Made by a program: the position numbers and the translations under genes. Below the pieces are notes generated by a model. The model had not been told where the DNA came from. It saw nothing but the letters and a program-made list of their open reading frames with translations, and did no database searches. Shown one piece after another: positions 15,897 through 25,678 of a stretch of DNA of 43,923 bases. The stretch is taken from NCBI GenBank assembly GCA_964568895.1, contig CAZMSI010000001.1, forward strand, positions 1 to 43,923, written 5' to 3'. Positions within the stretch are counted from its first letter, which is position 1. Every line of letters begins with the position of its first letter. The DNA is from an uncultured Sideroxydans sp. (GTDB taxonomy: Bacteria > Pseudomonadota > Gammaproteobacteria > Burkholderiales > Gallionellaceae).

Positions 15897-16451
15897 ATGA
15901 ATGATGCGGACAGGACGATAAAGCTGCGCGCACTTTCCGAGCAGGCCCAGGACGAAGCCAGGAAAAGCAACCTGACGGAAGAGCAACAGAGGCTGCTTGA
16001 GCTTGGCGCCCAGCTGGAAGAGGAAAAAAGCAGGTCGCTCGAAAACCTGAAGGTAATCACGCAACTGCGTGAGAGCCTCAAACAGGAGCAGGCTAAAACG
16101 GCCGGTTTGTCCGAAAAGCTGGCCGGACTGGAAGCCAGGGTAAAGGATACGGCTGCGACGGAAGCAAACGAAGAGGCGGTGAAGAAGGTCCAGCTTCAGC
16201 TCGAAGATGAAAAGAAAACGGTGCTCGAACAAACGAAAAAAATCGAGCAACTGCAGGAAAGCCTGAAGCGGGAGCAGACCAGGACCGACGAGATGGCATC
16301 CAGGGTGGCCGAGCAGGAGGGCAAGCTGAAAGAAGTTACCGCACTGGAAATCAGGGTCAAGGAGCTGGAGGGCATGGAAGCCAAGGTCAATGAAATGACC
16401 GAGGCACTCGGCAAGATTTCAGGGCTCGCCTCTTTGATGAAGACGGGATAG
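15897..16451 (+). CDS. hypothetical coiled-coil protein with an internal ~47-aa duplication
   Basis: 184 aa, E/K/Q/L-rich with a heptad character. Residues 38-84 and 99-145 align (QLEEEK..L...K.I.QL.ESLK.EQ). No signal peptide or TM segment. Confidence 0.6.
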   Translation: MNDADRTIKLRALSEQAQDEARKSNLTEEQQRLLELGAQLEEEKSRSLENLKVITQLRESLKQEQAKTAGLSEKLAGLEARVKDTAATEANEEAVKKVQLQLEDEKKTVLEQTKKIEQLQESLKREQTRTDEMASRVAEQEGKLKEVTALEIRVKELEGMEAKVNEMTEALGKISGLASLMKTG

Positions 16452-16461
16452 TAAGCCCGTA

Positions 16462-17375
16462 TCAGAACGCGCAGCTTTCCAGTTCGCGCAATTCCTTCAG
16501 GTAGTTGTCCACCCGCTCGTGCAGCGTTTCGGGCGCGGCCAGGATGTCGCGCGCCAGCGCAAACAGCGGATAGCCACGCCAGTCGAACAAGTGATATTTC
16601 TCCACCATCTGCAGCGTGTGCACACCCTCGCCGCCGATGTCCGACCAGTCGCCTTCCACCAGCTTGCGCCCCAGCGTGTGGTGGTGCGAATCCTCGCTGG
16701 TGCCGGTGGTCATCAGGTCGCCCAGCCCGGCATAGCTGTAGGGCGTGTGCGCCTGCCCGCCGAAAGATTGCACGATGCCGGAAAGCTCCGCCATCGCCGC
16801 CACCATCAGATGCCCTCGCATATTCTTGCCGAGCTGCAGCGCATCCACCACGCCAAACAGGATCGCATACACATTCTTCAGGATCACCGACCAACTCCGG
16901 CCGTGCATGTCGCTCGCCTGCAGGCACACCAGCCTGGTGCCGCGGAACAGGCTTTCGATCACCGCCATGTCTTCCGGGTTGGATAGCACCACGTCGGCAA
17001 AGCCGTGCTGGTCCGCGCTCAGTTCCTCCGCGATCATCGGCCCATACATCACGCCGTAGCGATGCCTGTCTGAAAATACATCGTCGCAAACCTGCGCCGC
17101 TGTGCGCCCCGATTCGTCCAGCCCCTTGGCGATGGTCAGGCACAGGCTGTCCTGTGCGAGATGCAGTTCGATGCGGCTGGCAATTTCGTGGTGCGGGTTC
17201 ACCGGCTGGCAGACCAGCACCACCTGCGCTTCGGCCACTTCCTCCTCCCGCGTGGCATGACTGCCTTTGACCACTCCTCGATGTCCCAGATGCGCACATC
17301 GTGACGTGTGACCAGCAGATGTTCCATCGCATGGCCCATACGGCCGTGACCAAGGATTAATACGCGCTGTTTCAT
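16462..17375 (-). pseudogene. GpsA-like NAD(P)H-dependent glycerol-3-phosphate dehydrogenase family gene, frame-disrupted near the 5' end
   Basis: The Rossmann N-terminus MKQRVLILGHGRMGHAMEHLLVTRHDVRIWD starts at ATG 17375 in one frame and stops after ~57 codons. The remaining 270 aa (VVLVCQPV..., ILKNVYAILFGVVDAL, GLGDLMTTGTS) is in another frame from 17274. Confidence 0.7.
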
Positions 17376-17388
17376 GATGGTTCCTCGC

Positions 17389-18075
17389 TTAAAATCGCAA
17401 CTCCAGTGCCCCGCACAAAAAGCCCATCACAGGCCCAGCCTGCTTGAACCGTTCCACCACCTGCGCGCGAAAATCCTTAGCTTTCACATTCGCCTCGCTC
17501 AGCGCTGCAAGGCCGATGAAATCCCTGCGCTTCAAGTCATCCATCAGCGGATGATCCCTGGCGAAACCGCGCGGCGCGTTGGCGAGCGTATCGCCAACCA
17601 GATCGAAATGCTTGTTGAACGACTTGTCATCGCGCGCCTTCACCCAGGCATCGCTATTCTTCACAATGCCCTCGCGTATCTTGAATAACGCATCCGCATC
17701 GGGACGCCACAGCCCGACCGCGACAAAACATTCGCCCGGCTCGATGTGCACATAATATCCCGGTGCGTGGACATCCTTGCCCACCTCATGGCGGAACTGG
17801 ATGCCGATGTTGGTTTTATAAGGCGTCTTGTCGCGGGAAAAGCGCGTGTCGCGCTGCACGCGCATCAACGACCCACCCACTTTTTTCGGCAGCGCACGGA
17901 AATGCGGTGAGATCGCGGGTAATTCATTCGATATGTCGGATATGAAATCCAGCGCCGGCGTGCGTACGAAATTTTCATATTCCTGCTTATGTTCTGCGAA
18001 CCACTCGCGGGTGTTGTTCTCGGCGAGGGAGGAGAGGAAAGCGAAGGTTTGTCTGGTGAAGTAACGAGAGGCCAT
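17389..18075 (-). CDS. DUF2461 (TIGR02453) family protein
   Basis: FLSSLAENNTREWFAEHKQEYE and LMRVQRDTRFSRDKTPYKTNIG are the family signatures as I recall them. Confidence 0.75.
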   Translation of the reverse strand: MASRYFTRQTFAFLSSLAENNTREWFAEHKQEYENFVRTPALDFISDISNELPAISPHFRALPKKVGGSLMRVQRDTRFSRDKTPYKTNIGIQFRHEVGKDVHAPGYYVHIEPGECFVAVGLWRPDADALFKIREGIVKNSDAWVKARDDKSFNKHFDLVGDTLANAPRGFARDHPLMDDLKRRDFIGLAALSEANVKAKDFRAQVVERFKQAGPVMGFLCGALELRF

Positions 18076-18104
18076 TTCGTTCGCTCCTTTGCTATGGATA
18101 ATAA

Positions 18105-20684
18105 CTACATCAGCTTCTTCAACTGATACAGCTTCTCCAGCGCTTCCTTTGGACTCAAATCGTCCGGCTGTAGCTCGCGCAATACGGTGACCAGAGGATG
18201 CTCTTCCGGCTCTTCCGTTATTTCCGGCTTGTGGTCGAACAGATCACCCTGCGGATTCTGTGCGGCGCTCTGTTGTTCCAGTGCGCGTAATTGTTTTTTC
18301 GCATTTTTGATGACGCCGTTTGGTACCCCGGCGAGCGCGGCGACCTGCAGGCCGTAGCTCTGGCTGGCAGCGCCTTCCTCGACCGCATGCAGGAACACGA
18401 TGCTGTGCTGGTGCTCGATGGCGGCGAGGTGCACGTTGGCGAGTTGCGGGAATTCTTCGGCCAGCCGGGTGAGTTCGAAGTAGTGCGTGGCGAACAGCGT
18501 GTAGCTGCGGTTGGTTTCGAGCAGGTGGCGCGCGATGGCGTAGGCCAGCGCCAGACCGTCGAAGGTGGAGGTGCCGCGGCCGATCTCGTCCACCAGCACC
18601 AGACTTTTTTCGGTTGCGTTGTGCAGGATGTTGGCGGCCTCGGTCATTTCGACCATGAAGGTGGAGCGGCCGCTGGCGAGGTCGTCCGACGCGCCGATGC
18701 GGGTGAATATCTGGTCGATCTCGCCAAGTGCGGCGTCCGCAGCCGGCACGAAGCAGCCGACATGGGCGAGCAATGCGATCAGTGCGACCTGGCGCATGTA
18801 GGTGGATTTGCCGCCCATGTTGGGGCCGGTGATCAGCAGCATCTTGCGTGCGGCATGCAGCTCGCTGCCGTTGGCGATAAAGTTGTCGACCTGGGCTTCC
18901 ACCACCGGGTGGCGGCCATCCGCGATGTGCAGCACGGGCTCATCCACGAACTGCGGCGCGCAGTAGTTCAGCGTGGCGGCGTGCTCGGCAAAGGTTGCGA
19001 GCACGTCGAGTTCGGCGATGGCGGCGGCGATGCGTTGCAGTTGCGGAATCGACGGCGCCAGCTGGTCGAGCAACTGGTCGTACAGGAATTTCTCGCGTGC
19101 CAGCGCACGCTCGTTGGCGGACAGTGCCTTGTCCTCGAACGTCTTCAGTTCCGGCGTGATGTAGCGCTCGGCGTTCTTCAGCGTCTGGCGACGACGGTAG
19201 TCGTCCGGCACCTTGTCCGCATTGGCAACGCTGACCTCGATGTAGAAGCCGTGCACGCGGTTGTATTCGACCTTCAGCTTGTCGATGCCGGTGCGCTCGC
19301 GCTCGCGCGTTTCCAGTTGCAGCAGGAAGTCGCCGCAGTTGGTCTGGATGCCGCGCAGCTCGTCCAGTTCGGCGTCGTAGCCGTCGGCGATCACGCCGCC
19401 TTCGCGCAATACACTGGACGGTTCTGCCTTGATGGTGTTCCGTAGCAGTTCGACCAGTGTGCTCTCGGCCTGCAGTGCATCGGCCAGTTCGCCAATCAGT
19501 GGTGTGTCGCAGGAAGCGAGCAGTGCATGCAGTTGCGGCAAGTCGCCGAGCGTGTCGCGCAGGCCGGAGAGGTCGCGCGGCCGTGCACTCTTCAGTGCGA
19601 TGCGTGCGGTGATGCGCTCGACGTCGACGCTGGGCTTGAGTTGTTCGTGCACCTTGCGGAATAGTTCGCCAAGTTTATCGACTGCATCGAGCCGCGCGCG
19701 TAATGTATCGCGGTCGCGTAGCGGGTGGTGCAGCCAGTGGGCGAGCAAACGGCTGCCCATGTTGGTCGCGCAGGAGTCGAGCAGCGACAGCAGGGTGGGT
19801 GCGGCTTCGCCGCGCAGGGTCTGGGTGATCTCGAGGTTGCGCCGCGTTGCGGCATCCATGCGCACGTAGCGGTCGGCGCTGTATACCTGCATGCCGCGCA
19901 CGTGGGCGATGCTCTGTCCCTGCGTCAGCCTGGCGTAGCCGAGCAGTGCGCCCGCCGCTTCCAGTCCGAGCGTGAAATCGTCGCAACCGAAGCCGGCGAG
20001 GTCTAGCGTATTGAATTGCTGGCACAGCGCGCGGCGCGCGGTTTCCAGATCGAAGTGCCAGACAGGCAGCGATTTTTTCGGGGTGTCGCTTTGCGGTGCG
20101 GCGACATTTTCAGCGCAAAGAATTTCCGATGGCTGCAGCCGTTCCAGTTCGGCCGGCAAATTCGCAGCGTCAGTCTCGGTGACCTGGAAGCTGCCGGAGG
20201 CGAGGTTGAGCCAGGCCAGCCCGACGCGGCCGTCGCGCTGGTGCAGCGCGAGCAACAGGCTGTCGCGTTTTTCTTCGAGCAATGCGGAATCGGTCAGCGT
20301 GCCGGGGGTGACAATACGCATCACTTTGCGCTCAACCGGGCCTTTGCTGGTGGCGGGGTCGCCGATCTGTTCGCAGATGGCGACCGATTCGCCCATCTTA
20401 ACCAGCCGCGCCAGGTATTGCTCGGCGGCGTGATAGGGCACGCCCGCCATTTTGATCGGCGTTCCATTGGAACTGCCACGTTTGGTCAGGGTGATGTCGA
20501 GCAGTTTGGCGGCATGCTCGGCGTCTTCGAAGAACAGTTCGTAAAAGTCGCCCATGCGGTAGAACAACAGCATGTCCGGATGCTGCGCCTTGATGCTGAG
20601 GTACTGCTGCATCATCGGCGTGTGGCCGGATTTTGTCGGTGTCTTGTTTTTCCCGCTGGGGATGGTATCTGCCACTTTGTTCAT
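18105..20684 (-). CDS. mutS: DNA mismatch repair protein MutS
   Basis: [34 protein letters not shown] mismatch-binding N-terminus and Walker [16 protein letters not shown]. Start at Met 63 (MNKVAD) of the listed ORF, giving 860 aa. Confidence 0.95.
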   Translation of the reverse strand: MNKVADTIPSGKNKTPTKSGHTPMMQQYLSIKAQHPDMLLFYRMGDFYELFFEDAEHAAKLLDITLTKRGSSNGTPIKMAGVPYHAAEQYLARLVKMGESVAICEQIGDPATSKGPVERKVMRIVTPGTLTDSALLEEKRDSLLLALHQRDGRVGLAWLNLASGSFQVTETDAANLPAELERLQPSEILCAENVAAPQSDTPKKSLPVWHFDLETARRALCQQFNTLDLAGFGCDDFTLGLEAAGALLGYARLTQGQSIAHVRGMQVYSADRYVRMDAATRRNLEITQTLRGEAAPTLLSLLDSCATNMGSRLLAHWLHHPLRDRDTLRARLDAVDKLGELFRKVHEQLKPSVDVERITARIALKSARPRDLSGLRDTLGDLPQLHALLASCDTPLIGELADALQAESTLVELLRNTIKAEPSSVLREGGVIADGYDAELDELRGIQTNCGDFLLQLETRERERTGIDKLKVEYNRVHGFYIEVSVANADKVPDDYRRRQTLKNAERYITPELKTFEDKALSANERALAREKFLYDQLLDQLAPSIPQLQRIAAAIAELDVLATFAEHAATLNYCAPQFVDEPVLHIADGRHPVVEAQVDNFIANGSELHAARKMLLITGPNMGGKSTYMRQVALIALLAHVGCFVPAADAALGEIDQIFTRIGASDDLASGRSTFMVEMTEAANILHNATEKSLVLVDEIGRGTSTFDGLALAYAIARHLLETNRSYTLFATHYFELTRLAEEFPQLANVHLAAIEHQHSIVFLHAVEEGAASQSYGLQVAALAGVPNGVIKNAKKQLRALEQQSAAQNPQGDLFDHKPEITEEPEEHPLVTVLRELQPDDLSPKEALEKLYQLKKLM

Positions 20685-21051
20685 CGAGTGCTGCCGGTAC
20701 GGTGGAAAGAATCGGGCTATTTTACCCACGATGTCGCGCAGTGTGTTGGTGCGCGCTATGCGGCCGGAGATGCTGATGGCGGTTCGCCAAGTGTAATTTT
20801 TTAATGAGATGGCATGCAAATCCATGCCCGCTGCCGTTATAATGGCCGAAGAGCGCGGGAAACCGCGCATTCAGGTCGGGTGACCACCCGGCCCTTGGAA
20901 ATGCTTCGGGAATTGGAAAACCCATGAAATTTGCACGACGGAGGCTGCCCTGATCCAAGGTTGGAGGCGCCGATTCGTATTCTTCTCCGGAGCAATCGGA
21001 GTTGGCCTGACGGCTATCCTGTTTGCGATTGCGTGTGAAGAAGCCAACGGC

Positions 21052-22290
21052 ATGTTCCACAAGATGGTGGCCATCTCGCCATTCCTGCCGCTGTTGATTA
21101 CGCCTGCGGGACTTGCGCTGACCGTGTTTATGACACGCAGGGTTTTCCCCGGCTCCCAGGGTAGCGGTATCCCGCAAACCATCGCCGCGCTTGAACCAGG
21201 CCAGCGGACGAATCGCAGCAAACTGCTTTCGCTGCGTATTGCGGTCGGCAAAATGTTCCTGACCATGCTGGCATTGCTGTCCGGTGCGGCCGTCGGGCGT
21301 GAAGGCCCCACCGTGCAGATCGGCGCCTCGATCATGCACAGCATGAATCGCTTTGCCAAATTCTCCAAGCACGACATGGAACGCGGACTGATCCTGGCCG
21401 GCGGTGCGGCCGGCATAGCGGCCGCGTTCAACACGCCGCTGGCGGGTATCGTGTTCGCCATCGAGGAGATGGGGCGCTCGTTTGACCAGCACAACAGCAG
21501 TACCATCCTGATGACGGTGATCATCTCCGGTATCACTTCGTTGGCCCTGCTCGGCAATTATTCCTATTTCGGTCACACATCCGAAACGCTGGCTTTCGGC
21601 CGGGAGTGGGAAGTGGTCATTATTTGCGGCATTGCGGGCGGGTTGCTCGGCGGCATATTCAGCCGTTCGCTGATCGAGGCCGCCAAGGGGTTGCCGGGGC
21701 GGGTTGGCGTAGTAATGAAAGAACACCCGGTGGCATTTGCCGCCGGCTGCGGTCTGGCGCTGGCATTGCTTGGCCTGTTGTCCGGCAACACGACCTACGG
21801 CAGCGGCTACTCTGAGGCGAAACAGATCGTCAACGGTACCGATACCCTGCCGGAGAGCTATGGCCTACTCAAGATGCTGGTGACCATGGTGTCCTACGTC
21901 AGCGGGATTCCCGGCGGTATCATGGCGCCGTCACTTTCCGCCGGCGCGGGATTCGGTGCCAACATTGCGCACTATATGCCGTCGGTGCCGACGGGCGCGG
22001 CGATCACGCTGGGCATGGTGGCGTATTTTTCCGGGGCGACGCAGGTGCCGATCACCGCATTCGTGATCGTGATGGAAATGACCGACAACCACGAGATGAT
22101 CCTGCCGCTGATGGCGGCATCGTTTATCGCCAGCGCCTGTTCACGGTTGATCAGTCCCTCGGCCCTGTTCCATACCCTGTCCGGAAATTTTATCGAAAAA
22201 CCGGAGAGGCGTACCAGACCGCAACCTTCCGAGTCGGAGTCATCCGAGCCGAAGCCTGTTGACGCTGAACAGCGGCCGGTTCAGCCGTGA
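21052..22290 (+). CDS. ClC-family voltage-gated chloride channel / H+-Cl- exchanger (5' end appears frame-disrupted, see findings)
   Basis: GSGIPQ, GREGPTVQIGAS and GIPGGIMAPSL selectivity-filter motifs. The same frame continues upstream without a start codon (LIQGWRRRFVFFSGAIGVGL). A plausible ATG at 20924 (MKFARRRLP) lies in another frame. Confidence 0.85.
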   Translation: MFHKMVAISPFLPLLITPAGLALTVFMTRRVFPGSQGSGIPQTIAALEPGQRTNRSKLLSLRIAVGKMFLTMLALLSGAAVGREGPTVQIGASIMHSMNRFAKFSKHDMERGLILAGGAAGIAAAFNTPLAGIVFAIEEMGRSFDQHNSSTILMTVIISGITSLALLGNYSYFGHTSETLAFGREWEVVIICGIAGGLLGGIFSRSLIEAAKGLPGRVGVVMKEHPVAFAAGCGLALALLGLLSGNTTYGSGYSEAKQIVNGTDTLPESYGLLKMLVTMVSYVSGIPGGIMAPSLSAGAGFGANIAHYMPSVPTGAAITLGMVAYFSGATQVPITAFVIVMEMTDNHEMILPLMAASFIASACSRLISPSALFHTLSGNFIEKPERRTRPQPSESESSEPKPVDAEQRPVQP

Positions 22291-22721
22291 ACCACGTAGC
22301 GGCCTGAGAATTCGACCGCGGGACGACCGTTCTGCATGATGACCACGTTCAGTGCCAGACGGCTCCTGCCGTGTTTTTTCAGCGTGCTCAGAAAGCGGGC
22401 GAAGGCAGTCTCGTCCGGACGGCATTCGGCCATCATTTCCCCGTCCACTGGCAGCAGGTAACGGATGCTGCTTTCCTGGATCACGATGTGTTTACGCAAT
22501 CCGGCCTCGCGCAGCTTGAGGTGCAGCAGGCCCCAGCCGCACAGTACGGCGAGCGAGTAGAGGCTGCCGCCGAACGCGGTGCTTTTGTGGTTGGTGTTGG
22601 GTGCCAGCGGTGCGGCAAGCCGCAGCTTGCTGCCGTCGTAGCCGGCGACGTGGATGCCCATGGCGCGCGACAGCGGAATCTCTTCGTGCAGGACGCGTTC
22701 CAGTTCCGCCGCGGCAGTCAT
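22281..22721 (-). CDS. hotdog-fold thioesterase (YiiD C-terminal-domain-like)
   Basis: 146 aa. IPLSRAMGIHV...NTNHKSTAFGGSLYSLAVLCGWG is typical of this thioesterase family. Lies directly downstream of suhB. Confidence 0.7.
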   Translation of the reverse strand: MTAAAELERVLHEEIPLSRAMGIHVAGYDGSKLRLAAPLAPNTNHKSTAFGGSLYSLAVLCGWGLLHLKLREAGLRKHIVIQESSIRYLLPVDGEMMAECRPDETAFARFLSTLKKHGRSRLALNVVIMQNGRPAVEFSGRYVVHG

Positions 22722-22722
22722 G

Positions 22723-23526
22723 TCAGGATTTTGTTTTCAGGCCTGCGCTCAGGTGGGGTGCGATGACCTGCAGCAGCTGCTCGTAAATTTTCGGGGTGCC
22801 TGCGCAGACGTGGCCGCTGCTCAGAAAGCTGTCGTTGCCCTGCAGATCGCCCACCATGCCGCCCGCTTCGGTGATCAACAGGCAGCCGGCAGCCATGTCC
22901 CACGGCTTGAGGCCGGTCTCGAAAAATCCGTCGTAGCGTCCTGCCGCGGTATAGGCGAGGTCGAGCGAGGCTGCGCCGGGACGGCGCAATCCGGCGGTCT
23001 GCTGCATCAGGTCGCGGAAAATCGCCATGTAGGCTTCCACATGTTCGAAACTGCTGTAGGGGAAACCGGTGCCGATCAGGGCGTCAGCGAGTTCCTTGCG
23101 TTTGCTGACGCGCAGGCGGCGATCGTTGAGGTAGGCGCCGCGTCCGCGCGTTGCGGTGAACAGGTCGTTCTTGGCCGGGTCGTACACTACGGCCTGGGTC
23201 AGCACGCCCTTGTGCTGCAGTGCGATCGACACCGCGTATTGCGGATAGCCGTGCAGAAAATTGGTGGTGCCGTCGAGCGGATCGATGATCCACACGAACT
23301 CGGAGTCGCCTTGGGTGCCGCTCTCTTCTGCTAGAATCGCATGATCCGGGTAGGCGCCCAGCAAGGTCTCGATGATGGTCTGCTCGGCCACGCGGTCGAC
23401 TTCGCTGACGTAGTCGGCGTGCGACTTCTTGGTGACGGTGAGGTGGTCGAGATTGTCTGCGGCACGGTGGATCAGGTTGCCGGCACGACGCGCGGCCTTC
23501 ACCGCGATGTTGAGCATGGGATGCAT
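22723..23526 (-). CDS. suhB: inositol-1-monophosphatase SuhB
   Basis: [29 protein letters not shown] and GAASLDLAY motifs. Divergent from trmJ as in E. coli. Confidence 0.93.
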   Translation of the reverse strand: MHPMLNIAVKAARRAGNLIHRAADNLDHLTVTKKSHADYVSEVDRVAEQTIIETLLGAYPDHAILAEESGTQGDSEFVWIIDPLDGTTNFLHGYPQYAVSIALQHKGVLTQAVVYDPAKNDLFTATRGRGAYLNDRRLRVSKRKELADALIGTGFPYSSFEHVEAYMAIFRDLMQQTAGLRRPGAASLDLAYTAAGRYDGFFETGLKPWDMAAGCLLITEAGGMVGDLQGNDSFLSSGHVCAGTPKIYEQLLQVIAPHLSAGLKTKS

Positions 23527-23543
23527 GGTTGCCTTAAAGTTTA

Positions 23544-24365
23544 ATGAGCGGTCGGGAAACCCCGGCCGCGTATTTTAGTGTGAAATGGGCTTTGGATAAA
23601 CCACAGATTCTAAATAACGTGCGCGTGGTGCTGAGCCACACCACCCATCCCGGCAATATCGGCGCGGCGGCACGCGCCATGAAAACCATGGGTCTGTCGC
23701 ATCTGTACCTGATCAACCCGCGCTATTTCCCGGATCCGCAGGCGACGGCGATGGCGGCCGGAGCCGACGACATCCTGGAGAATGCGACGGTGTGCACCTC
23801 GATCGATGAGGCGCTGCACGGCGTGGTGTTCACCGCGGCGATGACTGCGCGCATGCGCGACATCTCACTCGAAGTGAAAGCACCGCGACAAGCCATGTCG
23901 GAATTGTTACAACATGCAGGGAACCAGCCGGTGGGTTTGCTGTTCGGCACCGAGATGTCCGGCCTCACCAACGAAGAGATGGGACGCGCCCAGTTGCTGG
24001 TGCACATCCCGGTCAACCCGGAGTTTTCCTCGCTCAATCTTGCAGCCGCAGTGCAGGTGCTGGCATACGAATTGCATGTGGCAATACAGGGTGAACTTCC
24101 CGCCGCGCAGGAAATTCCGCCCGCTTCGCATGAACAACTGGAAGGGCTGTACGAACACATGGAGCAGACGCTGCAGGAAATCGGTTTTTTTACCTCGCAC
24201 AATCCGGCGCGGCTGATGCAGCGCCTGCGCCGTCTGTATGCCCGGGCACGGCTGGAGCGGGAGGAAGTCAATCTGCTGCGCGGCATCCTGAGCGTTACAA
24301 CGGGGTACAATGCACGCTTAAAAAAGCGTTATCAGGAAGAACATCCGGATGTTCAAGAACATTAG
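23544..24365 (+). CDS. trmJ: tRNA (cytidine/uridine-2'-O)-methyltransferase TrmJ (SpoU family)
   Basis: [40 protein letters not shown] and [15 protein letters not shown], collinear with E. coli TrmJ. The start could instead be GTG 23580 or TTG 23592. Confidence 0.88.
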   Translation: MSGRETPAAYFSVKWALDKPQILNNVRVVLSHTTHPGNIGAAARAMKTMGLSHLYLINPRYFPDPQATAMAAGADDILENATVCTSIDEALHGVVFTAAMTARMRDISLEVKAPRQAMSELLQHAGNQPVGLLFGTEMSGLTNEEMGRAQLLVHIPVNPEFSSLNLAAAVQVLAYELHVAIQGELPAAQEIPPASHEQLEGLYEHMEQTLQEIGFFTSHNPARLMQRLRRLYARARLEREEVNLLRGILSVTTGYNARLKKRYQEEHPDVQEH

Positions 24366-25080
24366 GGAAGACATCACTGGCGTATTCGACCGCGATCCAG
24401 CGGCGCGCACCACGTTTGAGGTGCTGACCTGCTATCCGGGAGTGCATGCGCGCCTGTTCCACCGTGTATCGAACAAGCTGTGGCACGCCGGGCTGAAATG
24501 GCTGGCGCGTTTTGTATCGCACTTCGCACGCTGGTTTACCGGCATCGAGATTCATCCGGGCGCGACCATCGGCCGCCGTTTTTTTATTGACCATGGCATG
24601 GGTGTGGTGATCGGCGAAACTGCGGAGATCGGCGACGATGTCACGCTGTATCACGGCGTGACCCTGGGCGGCACTTCGTGGAAGGAGGGCAAGCGCCACC
24701 CCACGCTGGGTAACGGTGTGGTGGTGGGAGCGGGCGCGAAAATACTGGGCCCGATCCATATCGGCAACAATGCGAAAATCGGTTCCAATGCGGTGGTGGT
24801 AAAGGACGTGCCGGCGGGGGCGACGGCGGCGGGTATCCCGGCGCGCATTCTGGACGAGGCGAAGAAGGCGGCGGGCGGCTTCAATGCCTACGGTATCGGC
24901 AACGACCAGAACGACCCGGTTACCAAAACGTTGCACGGCCTGATTGGCCACAGCGTGACGGTGGATAAGCGTATCGAGTTGATTCTGCAGCAACTTGAAA
25001 AGATGGGCGTGCGCGTGGAAGAAGAGCGCGCAACCGCCGACAAATTCGATCCGAATCACTTGAACAAAATAGTTGACTAA
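24349..25080 (+). CDS. cysE: serine O-acetyltransferase
   Basis: [21 protein letters not shown] and hexapeptide repeats ([44 protein letters not shown]). Confidence 0.92.
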   Translation: MFKNIREDITGVFDRDPAARTTFEVLTCYPGVHARLFHRVSNKLWHAGLKWLARFVSHFARWFTGIEIHPGATIGRRFFIDHGMGVVIGETAEIGDDVTLYHGVTLGGTSWKEGKRHPTLGNGVVVGAGAKILGPIHIGNNAKIGSNAVVVKDVPAGATAAGIPARILDEAKKAAGGFNAYGIGNDQNDPVTKTLHGLIGHSVTVDKRIELILQQLEKMGVRVEEERATADKFDPNHLNKIVD

Positions 25081-25117
25081 AAGACCCTAATCACTTGAAC
25101 AAGATGGTTGACTAAAA
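25054..25117. repeat. direct duplication, two 29-bp copies offset by 35 bp, spanning the cysE stop codon
   Basis: AATCACTTGAACAAAATAGTTGACTAAAA (25054-25082) and AATCACTTGAACAAGATGGTTGACTAAAA (25089-25117) match at 27 of 29 positions. Each contains a (A/G)GTTGACTAAAA IscR type-1-like half site. Confidence 0.85.
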
Positions 25118-25136
25118 AATTAAGGTATCTTAATAT
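25104..25136 (+). promoter_or_regulatory. iscR promoter (-35 TTGACT, 17-bp spacer, -10 TAATAT) overlapped by an IscR type-1-like site
   Basis: TTGACT at 25108-25113 and TAATAT at 25131-25136. The 25-mer ATGGTTGACTAAAAAATTAAGGTAT (25104-25128) matches both outer arms of the E. coli type-1 consensus ATASYYGACTRWWWYAGTCRRSTAT. GAGAGGA RBS precedes ATG 25180. Confidence 0.6.
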
Positions 25137-25179
25137 CAAGGTTGCAGGAAAAACCACACCAATCGAGAGGATATAAATT

Positions 25180-25653
25180 ATGAGATTGACAACTAAAGGA
25201 CGTTTTGCGGTAACGGCGATGGTCGATTTGGCGATGCGTGGCGGGCACGGCCCGGTAACGCTGGCAGGTATCAGCGAGCGCCAGAAAATTTCGCTGTCCT
25301 ATCTGGAGCAACTATTCGGCAAGCTGCGCCGTAACAATATCGTGGCCAGCGTGCGCGGCCCAGGCGGCGGTTATTGCCTGTCGCGTCCGGCAGCGCAGAT
25401 TGCCATTTCCGAGATTATCCTGGCGGTGGACGAGCCGCTGGATGCGACCAAGTGCGGCGGCGCAGGCAACTGTTTCGACGACCAGCCGTGCATCACCCAC
25501 GAGCTGTGGATGGGTCTGACCAAGACTATCTACGACTACCTGGCCGATATCAGCCTGCAACAGATGGTGGATGCGCAGCAGAAGGACAAGCCGGAAACAA
25601 CCAAGATCAGCATGACCAGCAAGCCGGCTGGCGCCGAAGCGATCGCGAACTGA
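25180..25653 (+). CDS. iscR: Fe-S cluster assembly transcriptional regulator IscR (Rrf2 family)
   Basis: [33 protein letters not shown] and cluster-ligand cysteines in [22 protein letters not shown]. First gene of the isc operon. Confidence 0.93.
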   Translation: MRLTTKGRFAVTAMVDLAMRGGHGPVTLAGISERQKISLSYLEQLFGKLRRNNIVASVRGPGGGYCLSRPAAQIAISEIILAVDEPLDATKCGGAGNCFDDQPCITHELWMGLTKTIYDYLADISLQQMVDAQQKDKPETTKISMTSKPAGAEAIAN

Positions 25654-25678
25654 ACCCATCGGAAATGGACTAAGAATT

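Noticed and set aside
15865-15897. Ten-codon mini-ORF (MKPTRACNHE) just upstream of the coiled-coil gene
   Set aside because: No RBS, too short, and no conservation evidence available. Most likely chance.
16196-17353. 385-aa ORF on the minus strand, plus similar long ORFs such as 2195-3022, 6753-7583, 7608-8471, 18291-19445, 20016-20804, 20722-21726, 24295-25059, 33155-34156, 36763-37722 and 37789-38829
   Set aside because: They lie in alternative frames or antisense to genes with unambiguous family signatures. Their translations are Arg/Ala/Gly/Pro-rich with no motifs. These are typical shadow ORFs of GC-rich DNA.
20843-20923. Possible fluoride (crcB-motif) riboswitch in the two-hairpin leader upstream of the ClC gene
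   Set aside because: The leader lacks the conserved GGCGAUGG … CUGAUGA … CCUAC elements as I recall them. The channel has the chloride-type GREGPTVQIGAS filter rather than a CLC-F signature. The hairpins gcgcgg-gaaa-ccgcgc and cgggt-gacc-acccg remain unexplained but unremarkable.
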